In this document: piece by piece, positions 38,410 through 49,239 of the stretch
Numbering within the stretch: the stretch's first letter is position 1
How the letters are laid out: each line of letters opens with the position of its first letter
From: Leidyana gryllorum EB-2025a
Lineage: Eukaryota; Protista; Apicomplexa
DNA length: 64,000 bases
Assembly: GCA_048772705.1 (NCBI GenBank)
Contig: JBLWGC010000051.1
Coordinates: 304,268 to 368,267 of the forward strand
Direction: 5' to 3'
Notes under the pieces: model-generated
Told to the model about the DNA's origin: nothing
Seen by the model: only the letters and a program-made list of their open reading frames with translations
The model's database searches: none
Translations under genes and position numbers: made by a program

Positions 38410-41260
38410 ATGACCATTCCGCAACCATGGACTCCCGACTGGGTAACCGAGTACATAAAAGCCAAGAACGCAGATGAGCCTCACGCATGGACCTGTCTCG
38501 TGGACCAAGCGATCCAATCTGGAGAGAAGCATACCCTGGAGCAATGCCTGTCAGCCATGGCATCGGTGCTGGACGCCAAGCGGGACGAGTTTCGTCAGGC
38601 GCGTAAGCGACCCCAGACTGATGGTGGGGGAGCTAGCAACCGTGCGGCACAGACCAAAAAGCGCAAATTGGTGACTCGAAGGACTGCTGCGAGTGCGACG
38701 AAAGGAGTCCCGGACTTTGTTGCCAGTGGGCCTGGCAGATTCAAGGCAGCTCAGGTGTCAAAAGTGGAGTTGGCTTCGCTGGTAACACCCGAGGAATGCC
38801 CGTCGGCTGCTGTGAGTACCACTGAAGGGACACTGCTGGGCGACCACGCTGAGCCTTGCGGTTTGGCGGATCGGGACGGGCGGGAATTGGCTGCGCAAAC
38901 TCTGGTGCGACTAGTCAAATGGGTACTTTGGGCAGTGGAAGCTATCCGAATGGATCTTACCAACAAGTTAGTATCGCCCACCTCGTTTGCCGTGGTGGAG
39001 TTCAGCGAAATGGATATGAGCAAAGTCTCGTATGATGTACGTCAACGAATTGTGTATATGTACTTGTGCTGCGTAATGGGGCCTGGCATTGATGAGGCTG
39101 TATGCTCCCAAGTGGAAGCATTCGCAGCGAGGAATCGCGATCTGTTCATATTGCTGCGCGACCATATTCCTTCCATAGATAGCCCATATTGGGCACGGTC
39201 GGCCGCAATGACCATAACAATGTCGTCGGAAATTGCTGAGCGTTGGGCGTGCGTACACGAAGCGATCAGACGTTTGTTGGGAAGTGACAACTACAATGAG
39301 GAATTGAGTGCGATCCGTGGCAAGATCAACCAGATATTCCGTGCGTACATGAATGAATATTCACGGCGAGTCGCCGTGCTGAGTGGAGAGTATAAGGATC
39401 CGAAAGCCTTCATTGAAGCTGCGACAGCCGCTTTACAATGCGATTCCAAACCTCAGGCCCTAACGCTTGCCATCGAAAAAGTGTGCATAGGAGCTGTGTC
39501 GGTAACCGCTGATGACATCGCCCGATATTCCGTATATGAAATGCTCGGTTTCTTTCTGGCGTTCAGTCGTAAGATTGCGCCCAAAGAGGTGTTTGAAAAG
39601 CTGGCGGTTATCCGCGACAATTATACAAAGCACGTGGAGGCTGTACAGCTGCAAGACCAGAGAATCAGAGAAGAGGTGCAGAAGAAAAGGGAAACCATAT
39701 TGCGAGAAGTGGGACCGTTGGTCACTTGGGCGGAGACGGTTCGTAACGCGACTGCTGCGCCCGGGCGCTTTTTGGATGACAAGGAAGTCCACTGGCATCT
39801 GTTGGGGATGAATTCTATAGTGGTGGAGAGTCGGAAGCTCGGTCGTCTAAAAAAGTACATCAATCCGCTGATCCATGATGACAAACTGGCCACACGGCTG
39901 GAAATTGGTGCAATCAATCGCCTGTGCCATCCCACTGATGAAGATGAGAGGAAAGAGATGGAGATGCGATCATGGGTCGAGAGAGGTTCCACTGCGATCA
40001 AACAGGTGAGCAATTTGGTGAGGTGATTTTCAATTAAGATTCGTTAGTATAACTGCGCCATTGCGGCGATCGAAGCCCACAACAAGGCATACGCGGCATT
40101 GAAGACGTGCGATCCAAATGAACGCGATCATTGGCTGCCAAGTGTGTGGCATGCTCCACTTCACGTGCGATGGGTATGTAATAGGAGTATTTAGGGTCTC
40201 CGGTAATGTTGTTGGTTGCATAGTTTCCCTGGGGCGAGCCGAGTTTTTTGAAGTTTATGCCTGGCGACCAGATGGCGTCAAGCCGAGGTCCAGGACCTCT
40301 CGATCGCAATACCGCATATAACGTCATCGATAGATCTCGGCCGCCGGCCCCCGAACCCGCCACAACGACAGCGGCAACAGCGCCAACAAAAGCACCAACT
40401 CCAACAGCAACAGTGCCGCCTCCAACGGACGCTGGGAGAGCAAAGCCATCAGGAACGAGCAGATCTTCGGACAAGCAGGGCGAGCGTGTTGGAGCAGGTG
40501 TAGGCGCCCTCGGAGAACCGATTTATTTACCCAGCTGGAGAGGGGAGCAGCTGCAGCGCGCTCCCAGGCTGATCCTCTCCTCGATGAATAATCCTTCTCC
40601 TGCACAATCAATCTCTGCTGAGATGTACACACCGAAAAGTGAACTTCGTTTGACTTATCGGCTGCTGGATAATATGAGTGACAAGCTTCCCTGGACAGCG
40701 TATATTTGGCTTTGCTATCCCATCTATGGCCATGTGGCAGACTCAAATTTACAGTTCTTCCGCTCGTTCAACTCTGAGCAGTTGAAAAACCTGGTGATGC
40801 GGCGGTGTATATATCGGGCGAATTTCAACGGGTGCAAAGCGCGTACATTCACCCTCTATGTAGACAAGGTGGCTCTGGGGCCTGGACGGGGTAGTTCGCG
40901 CGACCCCCATCTGCGATGGCTGACGTATCCATTGGCACTGACTGTCCGTGACGGGGACGACTCGCTCGCCACAATGGTAAGTCTCGCACTTGTTCTGAAC
41001 CGCTGAATCTCCTCTAAAAGTGTCACTTTGTGAGTGTCCGTGTGGACACGACTGAATTGTGTAAAGCGAGCGTCGAAGTTCTTCGCAAGTCTTTGACTTT
41101 CAGTAAGGTGGACGGGGTCAAGTGCGCGCCGGAGTTCTTGCCACTCCACCGAGTCACCAAAGATGTGATGGCTAGCCTGCCGAAAGAGGTGTTGGTTGCT
41201 GACGCGAAGACGCTCGTCTCACATACCCCGGGAGACCTCACACAATACTATATTAGTTAG
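38410..41260 (+). CDS. Large hypothetical protein (3' end uncertain)
   Basis: ORFs join in frame through introns 40006-40047, 40174-40223 and 40977-41020. The gene may continue to about 41556. Confidence 0.6.
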
Positions 41261-41468
41261 CATTTTATTGAACTAGAAATTCCATCACACCAATGGTTGG
41301 AAGCGCTCCCGTCTGGCCCGCTGCACTCAACAAACCAGTCCAATCTACGCTGGAGAAACCCTCTGTCTATATTCCACAAGGCGCCCACAAAGTCAGTGTA
41401 CTGAGCTTCCCGGTAAAGATTACCTATCCCACCCACCAAGTCGCCCTTTGCGAGAGCCCAATAGCGTT

Positions 41469-43206
41469 TCACATGGACCACGCCACCAGCCGGACCACCT
41501 GGGCCTCACAAGTAGCTGAAGCGCAACAAGCACTGCTCAGAGCGAGCATGATGTAAAGTATTTGTGCTGAAGACATTGGGAAGCACTCGGGCGTTCTAGC
41601 AAGATATACCGAGTGAAAGCCTGCTTGCCTCTCATCATGTGTCAGTGGGGGTGCCAATTGATTTTGGAAGAACCTCACCTCGTCTTCGTTTTCGGCCGTG
41701 GTCGCTTCCAACCGACACAAAAGTTCCTCAATGCTTTCCAGCGTGGCCTCTGAGTTCAAAAGTGTTGGCACCACAGTCCGCCTGTTCGTCTCACTGGTCA
41801 GCCCTTCGTAGTCTGTCCTAATCACTTGTGGTTTAATGGGGGGCCGTCCCATCAACACTTCGTACGCAACACACCCAGCCGACCACATGTCGTACTATGA
41901 GCAACATTCGGGTCGTCGTGGGAGGGAGTGAATGTGTGTAAGCCTTACTGCCTCTGTTACAATGTACTGTTGCGACCGACTGAGACACGCTCTCAAATGC
42001 TCTGGAGGTTGGTACAGAAGAGAACCACACCAGTTGGTGGGATCTGACATGTCCATTGGCGACCCCATGTAGCCTGTCCCCATGTGGGCCAGTTCTCTAT
42101 GCAAGCCGAAATCGGCGAGCAATATCTCATTAATGTCTTCCGCCGACACCAGAATATTGTGAGGTTTGAGATCCATATGCAGAACTCGCCGTTCCTCGTG
42201 GATGTACTTGAGTGCCCTGCGCGACAGTGGTCAATGTCTCTATAGTAGGTAGCCGAGACTCTCCTCACTCAAACAGCCGTTTCAGCCATCCCTTGCGTAC
42301 CGATAATGAAGTCGCTGTACGACTCACGTCGTTCGGGATGCGGCGTTTCGTCCCTCACCAGGTTCTTGCTCCAAATATGTGCTCAAGTCAGTTCGGCACA
42401 GAGAGGTCACAATGGCAACGCCTTGGACGACAGCCGCCTCATTGCGCCAATGGAAGTGGTCGTGGATGGGAAGCAGCTAGCGCAAACTCATCAGAGATCT
42501 CCGCCAGCTTACATAAGGTTTTTCCTCGTCTCGGAGTAGATTGATTTCCCTCACCAAAGCCTGTACCTGCCAACGAGCACGCTTTGTAGAGAGAGATTCC
42601 TCCCCCGAGCAAGACTTCGGGGCGGTGCTCGACAGCGACACCAGCTTCACTGCAACGAACCGCCACCCTCGGAAGTCCCAGGCTTCCCATACAGTGCTGA
42701 AACCTCCAAGGCCGATCATTCTGATCAAAACATACGGCATGTCGTTCCGACATATGATAATTGAGGAGCTGGGAATACCACTATTGCGTTCGTCACTAAA
42801 CTCTTCGAGCTCACGCAGGCAGTATACCCTCCAATACCCCTCCCAGTAAGGGATCGGATCGACCCTTCGGCTGAGATCGAACCAGAATGTGGTGATGTAC
42901 TGCTGATCGCACAAAGCGCGTTAGATTCTGGTAAAGCGCACCTTGTGAGACCGCCACAATCGCGCGCCGCTGTACGGCTTCCACTTCATTCGCGAGACAG
43001 TCTATCTCGGACTGGAGCTCTTCCCGCAATCTTAGGAGGTCCTCGATTCCTGGTGTCCCCTCGTCGTTAGAATCGTCCTCGATCGGTGGGAGAGCAACCA
43101 CTTTGGGTTCTTCTGTGAAGCCACAGTCCATGGATAGTGGATACCCATCGTCTCTGGACGGAGCCGAGAAGCGGCCCAGCAGCGCGTTTTCCTTTGCAGG
43201 TTGCAT
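41469..43206 (-). CDS. Ser/Thr kinase, divergent Tousled-like
   Basis: YVLIRMIGLGGFSTVWEAWD...VAVK, HMDLKPHNIL, DFG, YQPPE, DMWSAG; N-terminal coiled coil. 3' end uncertain. Confidence 0.8.
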
Positions 43207-43224
43207 AATTATGCTACGCCTTGA

Positions 43225-44200
43225 CTACCACTGTCCCTTCAAATCTGCTAGTACGGGGTTCTGACATTGAGGCGGCTCGGTACAACCCCGTGGGTTCGGC
43301 ACACAGAGGTCGTCCAGGCCATTGGAGGCGGCACAGTCACACACAATGCAGTCTTTTGTCCATACCGCACAGTCCTGTGGACAAACACCTAAAGGGAGAC
43401 ATGTGTGGATCGATGGGTGTGCTGAGCTCACTAGCTTTGTATCTAATGCAGAGATCTATCTTTCTGGGTGGCTGCTGACATGTGGCATTGGTGATGCATT
43501 TCAGCGCATCTCCATCCCGAACGCAAGTTGTACACGTATCTTTCAGCCAGACATCACAGTATGCTAAAGCTCCATTCCCTCCCTCGATCATTGTTCCGTC
43601 ATCAAGACGGGGTCTGATCAGAACCGGGACCTGTCCTCCCGTGTATGCTGCAGCAGTACCCATAGTCTCTGCACTGGGGCAAATCCAGGGCTGAGCCAAC
43701 ATCTCCCCCACAGTGGAAAAAACAGGAGTCGGTGGAGTGGGAGGGGCACGAGGTTCGGGCTTTATGAGAGGCGGCAGTGCAGGCGCTGCAGAAGCTGCTG
43801 GTTGAGTGAGAGCGATCATTTTGTTCACATTGTCCATTGTCGGGAACGAAAAAGTGGGAGGTTGAACGGGCTGGGTGTCAAAAGGGATATCAGGTGGTGG
43901 CGGGGTTGGTATGGGCGGCTCTGATTGCAGCAGCACGCCATCCGGCGGTTGGCTGGGAGTTTGGGCGGCTACGAGTGCGAGGAAATTCTGCGGTAAAGTC
44001 AGGGCCACTTCAGCGTTGACCGACGGGGATGATCGCACGGTTGGCCTTTCCACAAGGGTGGGTACCGGGACCCCGATCGATTCCCGGTTCCAATAAGTGC
44101 CAATAGTTGGTGGGCGGGGGAGGCCTCGTTGTAGCATCGTGAAGGGCTGAGCAGGGAGTGAGCTTGGTTGAAAGGGTAGAAAAAGTGCTAATTGAGCCAT
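43225..44200 (-). CDS. Pro-rich protein with two C-terminal Cys-rich repeats, possibly secreted
   Basis: ORF 43337-44203 is spliced (GTGAGC...CTTTAG) to a final exon; repeats CDVWLKDTCTTC and CAVWTKDCIVCDC. Confidence 0.6.
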
Positions 44201-44238
44201 CAAGTAGCAATTTTGGGGTGGTGCAGGAAGGAGCGATT

Positions 44239-46389
44239 ATGCAACCAAATGACTATCCGGACTCCTTCTCATCATCTCAGTATGATCCGCCATCGGGAAC
44301 GGTAGCCGCCAGTATCCGCCCGCCTCAGAGGCAAGGCTTGCAGTATGCGCCACCAGGGAGCTCATCGAATTCCATGAATCCTGCAAGCACGGTCGCTTTC
44401 ATGATGAACATGGGTTATCCACCCCCTCGTGTGAGCCAGGAGCCCTTGCGAAGAACGTTGGAGCGTCTCACCGATGGACCAGGACGTAAGTATACTGATA
44501 CTCCTGTAAACCTCAATAACTGCCGCAGCGGTATTAAACCTGCAACAAGCGTTGGCTATAACCGACGAAATCAGCCGGGCACCTTCCAGAACCGCGCCAG
44601 TAGTACTGTTCGTCGTTCAACAAAGACTGCATTCGTCAAGACCAGTCAGAGTGACGCTGGCACTGGAGCTGCTGGACATGTGCGTTAAGAACTGCGGATT
44701 AGATTTCGTCAAGCATATCAACAAAGACTTCATGAAGTCTATGGTACAAGTTGTAAAGACCGTAAGTCCTCAAACAGTTTGCTGCTAACCCACAATCCTC
44801 GCTTCTCCCAGAATTCATTCAAAGAAAGGACCTTCACAGGCCAAATGAAGAAACTGGAGAAGTATATTCTGGGATCGCCCACCACCTCTGGGGTGGCTAC
44901 TGACCCTGTGGTCCATGTAAGTGCGCCGACCTTCGAGTTTTCATTTTGTCTTCGCAGAAATTGCGTCGCCAAACGCTGGCGATGATCCAAAACTGGGCAG
45001 ACGCTTTCATGATGCACAGCATGCAAGTTCAACCCATATTGGAGTGCTACCGTGATCTCCGTCGGAAAGGAACTCAGTTCCCGCCTCGCGACAACTCGCA
45101 GAAATTCTTGGTCAAACATGCTGAGTCCAGCCCCGCGTTTAATGAGGCGTCTGGATCCTCGGGTCCGAATGTCTCGGAAGTGCTCCAAGAGGGATCCGAT
45201 CTGGCTCGAGGCCCCGACACCGACTTCAAGGACGGTGAACTACCCTTCTCGGACAAACAGTTCGCCCAGCTTCTCAAACTAATTGATCTACTCAAGACCT
45301 CTGATGACAATGAGACTGTCCTACGCGCTCTGACTATTTGTGAGCGATTGCGACCTCAGTTGGAGCAAACAATGAGACTCTTACGAGCTCGGATCGAACA
45401 AGGGTCCAGCAAGAAACTCAAGGCCGGAGATCAACGTGTCGTTCAAATGAATGCAATATTGGCTCTCGACGCAGAGGTCAAACGGCGCCGAGGGAGTCGA
45501 TTGCTATATAGTACGCCCCCGCATACTTCCCGGGCCGGGATGGTATTACCCCCCCCTCCCCCTCCGCCGCCTCCGCCAGCACAAGCTGCAGCGGCTCCGG
45601 TGGCGAAGACTTCGGTCAATTTATTGGACGATCTGCTCGCCAGCGATGACACTCAGGCCCCCCCCGTTACTTCGGCACGCAAAATCCAGATTGCAGCCCC
45701 TCCACCCCAAGCAATCCCCCAGGATCTTTTTTTCGTACCGACCTCCGATCCCTTCGCTGCTGCTCCCCAGGCGGCCTCGGCATCCAAAGCAGCGGCAGAA
45801 GACCCCTTCGTGTTCTCAAGTGATCCGTTCGCCGCTGTCGGTAAGGCACCAGCGAAAAACGTTGACGGTGATGCTGGTGCGGGAGAAGTACAACCCGCAG
45901 CTGAGGACTGTCCGGACGCCTCTTTCGTTGAAGTGCCCGCGGACGTAGATTTCTTCGAAGGATTGCAGAAGCATCAAGATGGTGAAGGGTCCGTTGACGT
46001 ATTCAAATCTGTGGAGAGTACGGACCGACATTCTGAGGAGCAAGAAACCAACGTGACAGCTCCACTGTCTCATGCTGCTGCGTCATGGGCTGTGGAAGAT
46101 CCAGATGGATTTGCGGGGGCTTCGGACAGCAATGATGGCAGAGGAAGCGTAGAGGAAAGTCATCCTGCGGCCGAGCCGGCTAAGGCGCCCACCAATACTT
46201 TCGAACAAGCACCCCAATTATGGGGAAACTTTGAGGGATCTGTGGACGTGGAGAGTTGGATGGTGTCCGCTCAGCCAGGTGAGTGCAACTAAGAAGTCTC
46301 AATGTACTCATTACGATGCAGCCGAAGCATTGTTTGTCATCCCGGACGGCGATTTGAAGACTGCGAGTGGACCGATGTGGGATGAATGA
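44239..46389 (+). CDS. VHS-domain trafficking adaptor (TOM1/GGA-like)
   Basis: LALELLDMCVKNCG..F, IQNWADAF, YRDLRRKGTQFP; disordered tail with three DPF motifs. Confidence 0.85.
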
Positions 46390-46421
46390 AGTGTGTGGCG
46401 TAGCGCACCACACGGAGGAAG

Positions 46422-47924
46422 ATGCCATCGTTAGGTGCCCTACTTTACGCTGGTCTCCTGTGTATCGCGTTCACCCAAAACGCACGGGCAAATCGGGATG
46501 ATTTCGGTGACAGGACTGTGGATAAGTATCGGGCACAAATTTGGGGACCCGCGCCTCGCGCTTATGTGGAGGAACTCAACAACCGCATGGTACAACAAAT
46601 CAGAACGTCCATCGCCATGGAACTCCGAGCAAGAGCCCTCAAAGCTCCCAAAGGATTATGGTCGGTGGTTGCCGAATTGCCTCCATACAGGGTGGATGGA
46701 TATGGTTCCGTTGTCGCGACTCCGGTTCTGAAGCGATCACAACCCTTCGCCTTTTCCCTCAGGTTACCAGCTTCGACTCGCCAGAATCCGATCTCCGTGA
46801 TGAATTGGCAAGAAAAGATAAAAGATTTGCGAGTCAATTACGGCGAGGCTGGCCCGCCGTTTGCAGATTACGCTGATGTTCAGAAGTATATTCCAAGACT
46901 CCTAGCTAGCGTATGCGAACAGTATGCTATAAAGAAAGTGCAAATCAAGGCTCGCAAGTCCCAACCATTGGCCGAGAGTGCTGTGGCTCGTAGCCTGCGG
47001 AACGGAATGGAGGGAGTTTTACACTTAGAACGAGCGTTGGTGTGTTTGCAGTCAAAGACCGAATATGTTCCGTTGGACTCGAAAGTGATTGCAACTGAAC
47101 ACTATAGTACCATAGTCAAAATGGGTTTGTTTGCGAGAGTGGACCTCATCAACCCAGATGTCGCCAACAAAGATTGGACTCGAGCGATGCAAGAGAACGC
47201 CAATCTCGATATAATCGCGATGCAAGGAAAACGGACATTCCTGGGATTGGAGTCAATGAGCGGCAAAGAGCCACGTATCGACGATCTGGCCGAGCTCGGC
47301 TTCAACCCCGCTGCAGACTTCCCGGACCCGCTCGCCGGACTTCGACGATATGAGAATAAACTGGCTAGGTTGCAAGGCGCAGACTTTCCAGGTGTATCAG
47401 ATCACCACCACCACGACGACGACGAGGACAAGAGATCTCCGACTGCCCGACAAGGGATAAACATTGCTGGAATCTACGAAAGCGCACTGCAGCAGGCTCC
47501 GGATTTCGTTTGTCCGCAAGAAACCATACTGCGACAACAAGGCTTCTCCGACTTCTGTGTTGATCTTGGATATCGAGCACCGAAAGGAGGCCAATCCAAT
47601 CCGCCTGTCACTCGAGCGGAGATGTTTGCTCTGCAGTGTGCCGCTATGTACCCTGTGGGGACAGTTGCAGTCGCTCAAAGGCACAGACAACAGTGGGTGT
47701 CGAAGACCGATACATCCAAGGGACACAGAGTCAAGTCTGAGTGGATCTTATACGAGTGCGGGGAGACTGGCTGGCTGCCTCCGAGGGTACTGGACGAGGA
47801 TGCAGGGGAGCGAACTTGGGAAGTCTGTCACAAAAGTAGAGACGATCTCCACGTTGGGGCTCGCGAGATGCTGAAAGCCGCCGGCTTACTCAAAGGACGA
47901 CGACGCATACCAGACGAGGAGTAG
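46422..47924 (+). CDS. Hypothetical secreted protein, 500 aa
   Basis: Single exon; signal-peptide-like MPSLGALLYAGLLCIAFTQNARA. Confidence 0.7.
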   Translation: MPSLGALLYAGLLCIAFTQNARANRDDFGDRTVDKYRAQIWGPAPRAYVEELNNRMVQQIRTSIAMELRARALKAPKGLWSVVAELPPYRVDGYGSVVATPVLKRSQPFAFSLRLPASTRQNPISVMNWQEKIKDLRVNYGEAGPPFADYADVQKYIPRLLASVCEQYAIKKVQIKARKSQPLAESAVARSLRNGMEGVLHLERALVCLQSKTEYVPLDSKVIATEHYSTIVKMGLFARVDLINPDVANKDWTRAMQENANLDIIAMQGKRTFLGLESMSGKEPRIDDLAELGFNPAADFPDPLAGLRRYENKLARLQGADFPGVSDHHHHDDDEDKRSPTARQGINIAGIYESALQQAPDFVCPQETILRQQGFSDFCVDLGYRAPKGGQSNPPVTRAEMFALQCAAMYPVGTVAVAQRHRQQWVSKTDTSKGHRVKSEWILYECGETGWLPPRVLDEDAGERTWEVCHKSRDDLHVGAREMLKAAGLLKGRRRIPDEE

Positions 47925-47929
47925 CCCGA

Positions 47930-48260
47930 ATGTGGATCAGTCCCAAGCGGAGCGAATCCGCTCCGTCACCCACCGATAGGAACATCGGTGGAGGTCAACG
48001 CGACCACCACCCCGGACAACTCCAGCACGTCAACGCTACAGGTTGCATTGGGAGGTCAACGCTTTATTGCATGATTTTCTGCTCCAATAACACATCAACA
48101 GAAACCTTGTGCAAGTCGACCATGGAGCAGCATCTTCACTCCTGCTGTGTCGTGTGTAGTACACTTGACCTCAGCTATACACACTGCTTGGGGCTCGCCG
48201 AGACTTTTCAATGTCTCGACGCCAACAATCGTGTGACCTGTCCGGTTGAGTGGTAAGAGC
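47930..48260 (+). ncRNA. Candidate structured ncRNA, unassigned
   Basis: At least seven helices of 6-10 bp, G-U pairs favouring the + strand, and three GTCAACGC copies, in an unusually large intergenic gap. Confidence 0.45.
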
Positions 48261-48276
48261 TTCGAGAGTAAGTAGG

Positions 48277-49224
48277 TCAAAAGAGGCACCACCATCGCCT
48301 GAAGAGTAGATTCCATAAGCACTTCACGGAGCAGTAGCCGAGAACGAAAGCGATTATCCACATGGAACTCCAGCCAGCGTCTTTCAGGGACGCACACGAG
48401 TTCAAACGCCCGTAGGCAGCAGTACAGACACTTTTATGAACACCGCAGAGTCCGCTCTTATTGACAACTGCCGCTTCCACCCATTGCCATTCAGGAATCC
48501 ACACCGGAGGTAATATTACCTCTTTGGTTTGGGACCAGTCGCAATATGCACATCCTCGAGCTACACATTGATCGCAGCTGGTGGCTGTTTTGCAAAACTC
48601 AGAAGTTCTGTAACGGGCTGTCTCCCTAACACTAACGCGGAAACCTCCTGCTCGGGGTTGTAGTTGACATCTGGAAGCGAGCTCGAACCACAGCTTGAGA
48701 GGCTGATCGGCGGGGTAGATTAGATAGCGTAACATGTCCAGCGCTGGGACAGTGACGACATGGTCAGTATAGGTCAGAACACCACTTTCTGTCAACTCAT
48801 GTCCAGCGATACTTCCTCCCATCTCAATCGGCGTACCACCACAGCCTTGTGGGGGAGCTGTGAGAAGATCTATGAGCACCGAGCCGGCTCTCATTGTTGC
48901 CCAGTTGAGATAGCCCCCCGATAGGTCAAGCTCCCAATCGATTCGTTGAGTTCCATTCTCGATCTTGACAGATAGTTGGTCGGTCATATGCGTTTCGACC
49001 TGGTCTCGGTGGAATGAACAGCATATCATGGCTGCGTGACTCAAGCACGACTCCTCGTCGGCCTGAGCCGCAGAATCGGTACCGTTCCGTACGATCAACT
49101 TTCCGTCATGGCCACATAATTCATTGCACATAAATTCACACAGTTGTGGAGAGTGTGGCATGTCGCATTTGGAGTCGAATTCTCCAGAGGCACAAATAAG
49201 CTTGGCTGTGACATTTCGATCCAT
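48277..49224 (-). CDS. Cys-rich membrane protein with a PSI-like domain
   Basis: CKTATSCDQCVARGCAYC and a C-terminal TM segment WIIAFVLGYCSV. Confidence 0.6.
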   Translation of the reverse strand: MDRNVTAKLICASGEFDSKCDMPHSPQLCEFMCNELCGHDGKLIVRNGTDSAAQADEESCLSHAAMICCSFHRDQVETHMTDQLSVKIENGTQRIDWELDLSGGYLNWATMRAGSVLIDLLTAPPQGCGGTPIEMGGSIAGHELTESGVLTYTDHVVTVPALDMLRYLIYPADQPLKLWFELASRCQLQPRAGGFRVSVRETARYRTSEFCKTATSCDQCVARGCAYCDWSQTKEVILPPVWIPEWQWVEAAVVNKSGLCGVHKSVCTAAYGRLNSCASLKDAGWSSMWIIAFVLGYCSVKCLWNLLFRRWWCLF

Positions 49225-49239
49225 CCTGCTAAAATTCCA

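Noticed and set aside
47990-48063. GTCAACGC repeats as a mini-CRISPR or an IS200/IS605-associated RNA
   Set aside because: Repeats are only 8-12 bp with unequal spacing, and there is no cas, TnpB, IscB or Fanzor-like ORF nearby.
48070-48135. SECIS-like AUGA hairpin
   Set aside because: No matching 3' GA quartet, and no in-frame UGA in the flanking genes.
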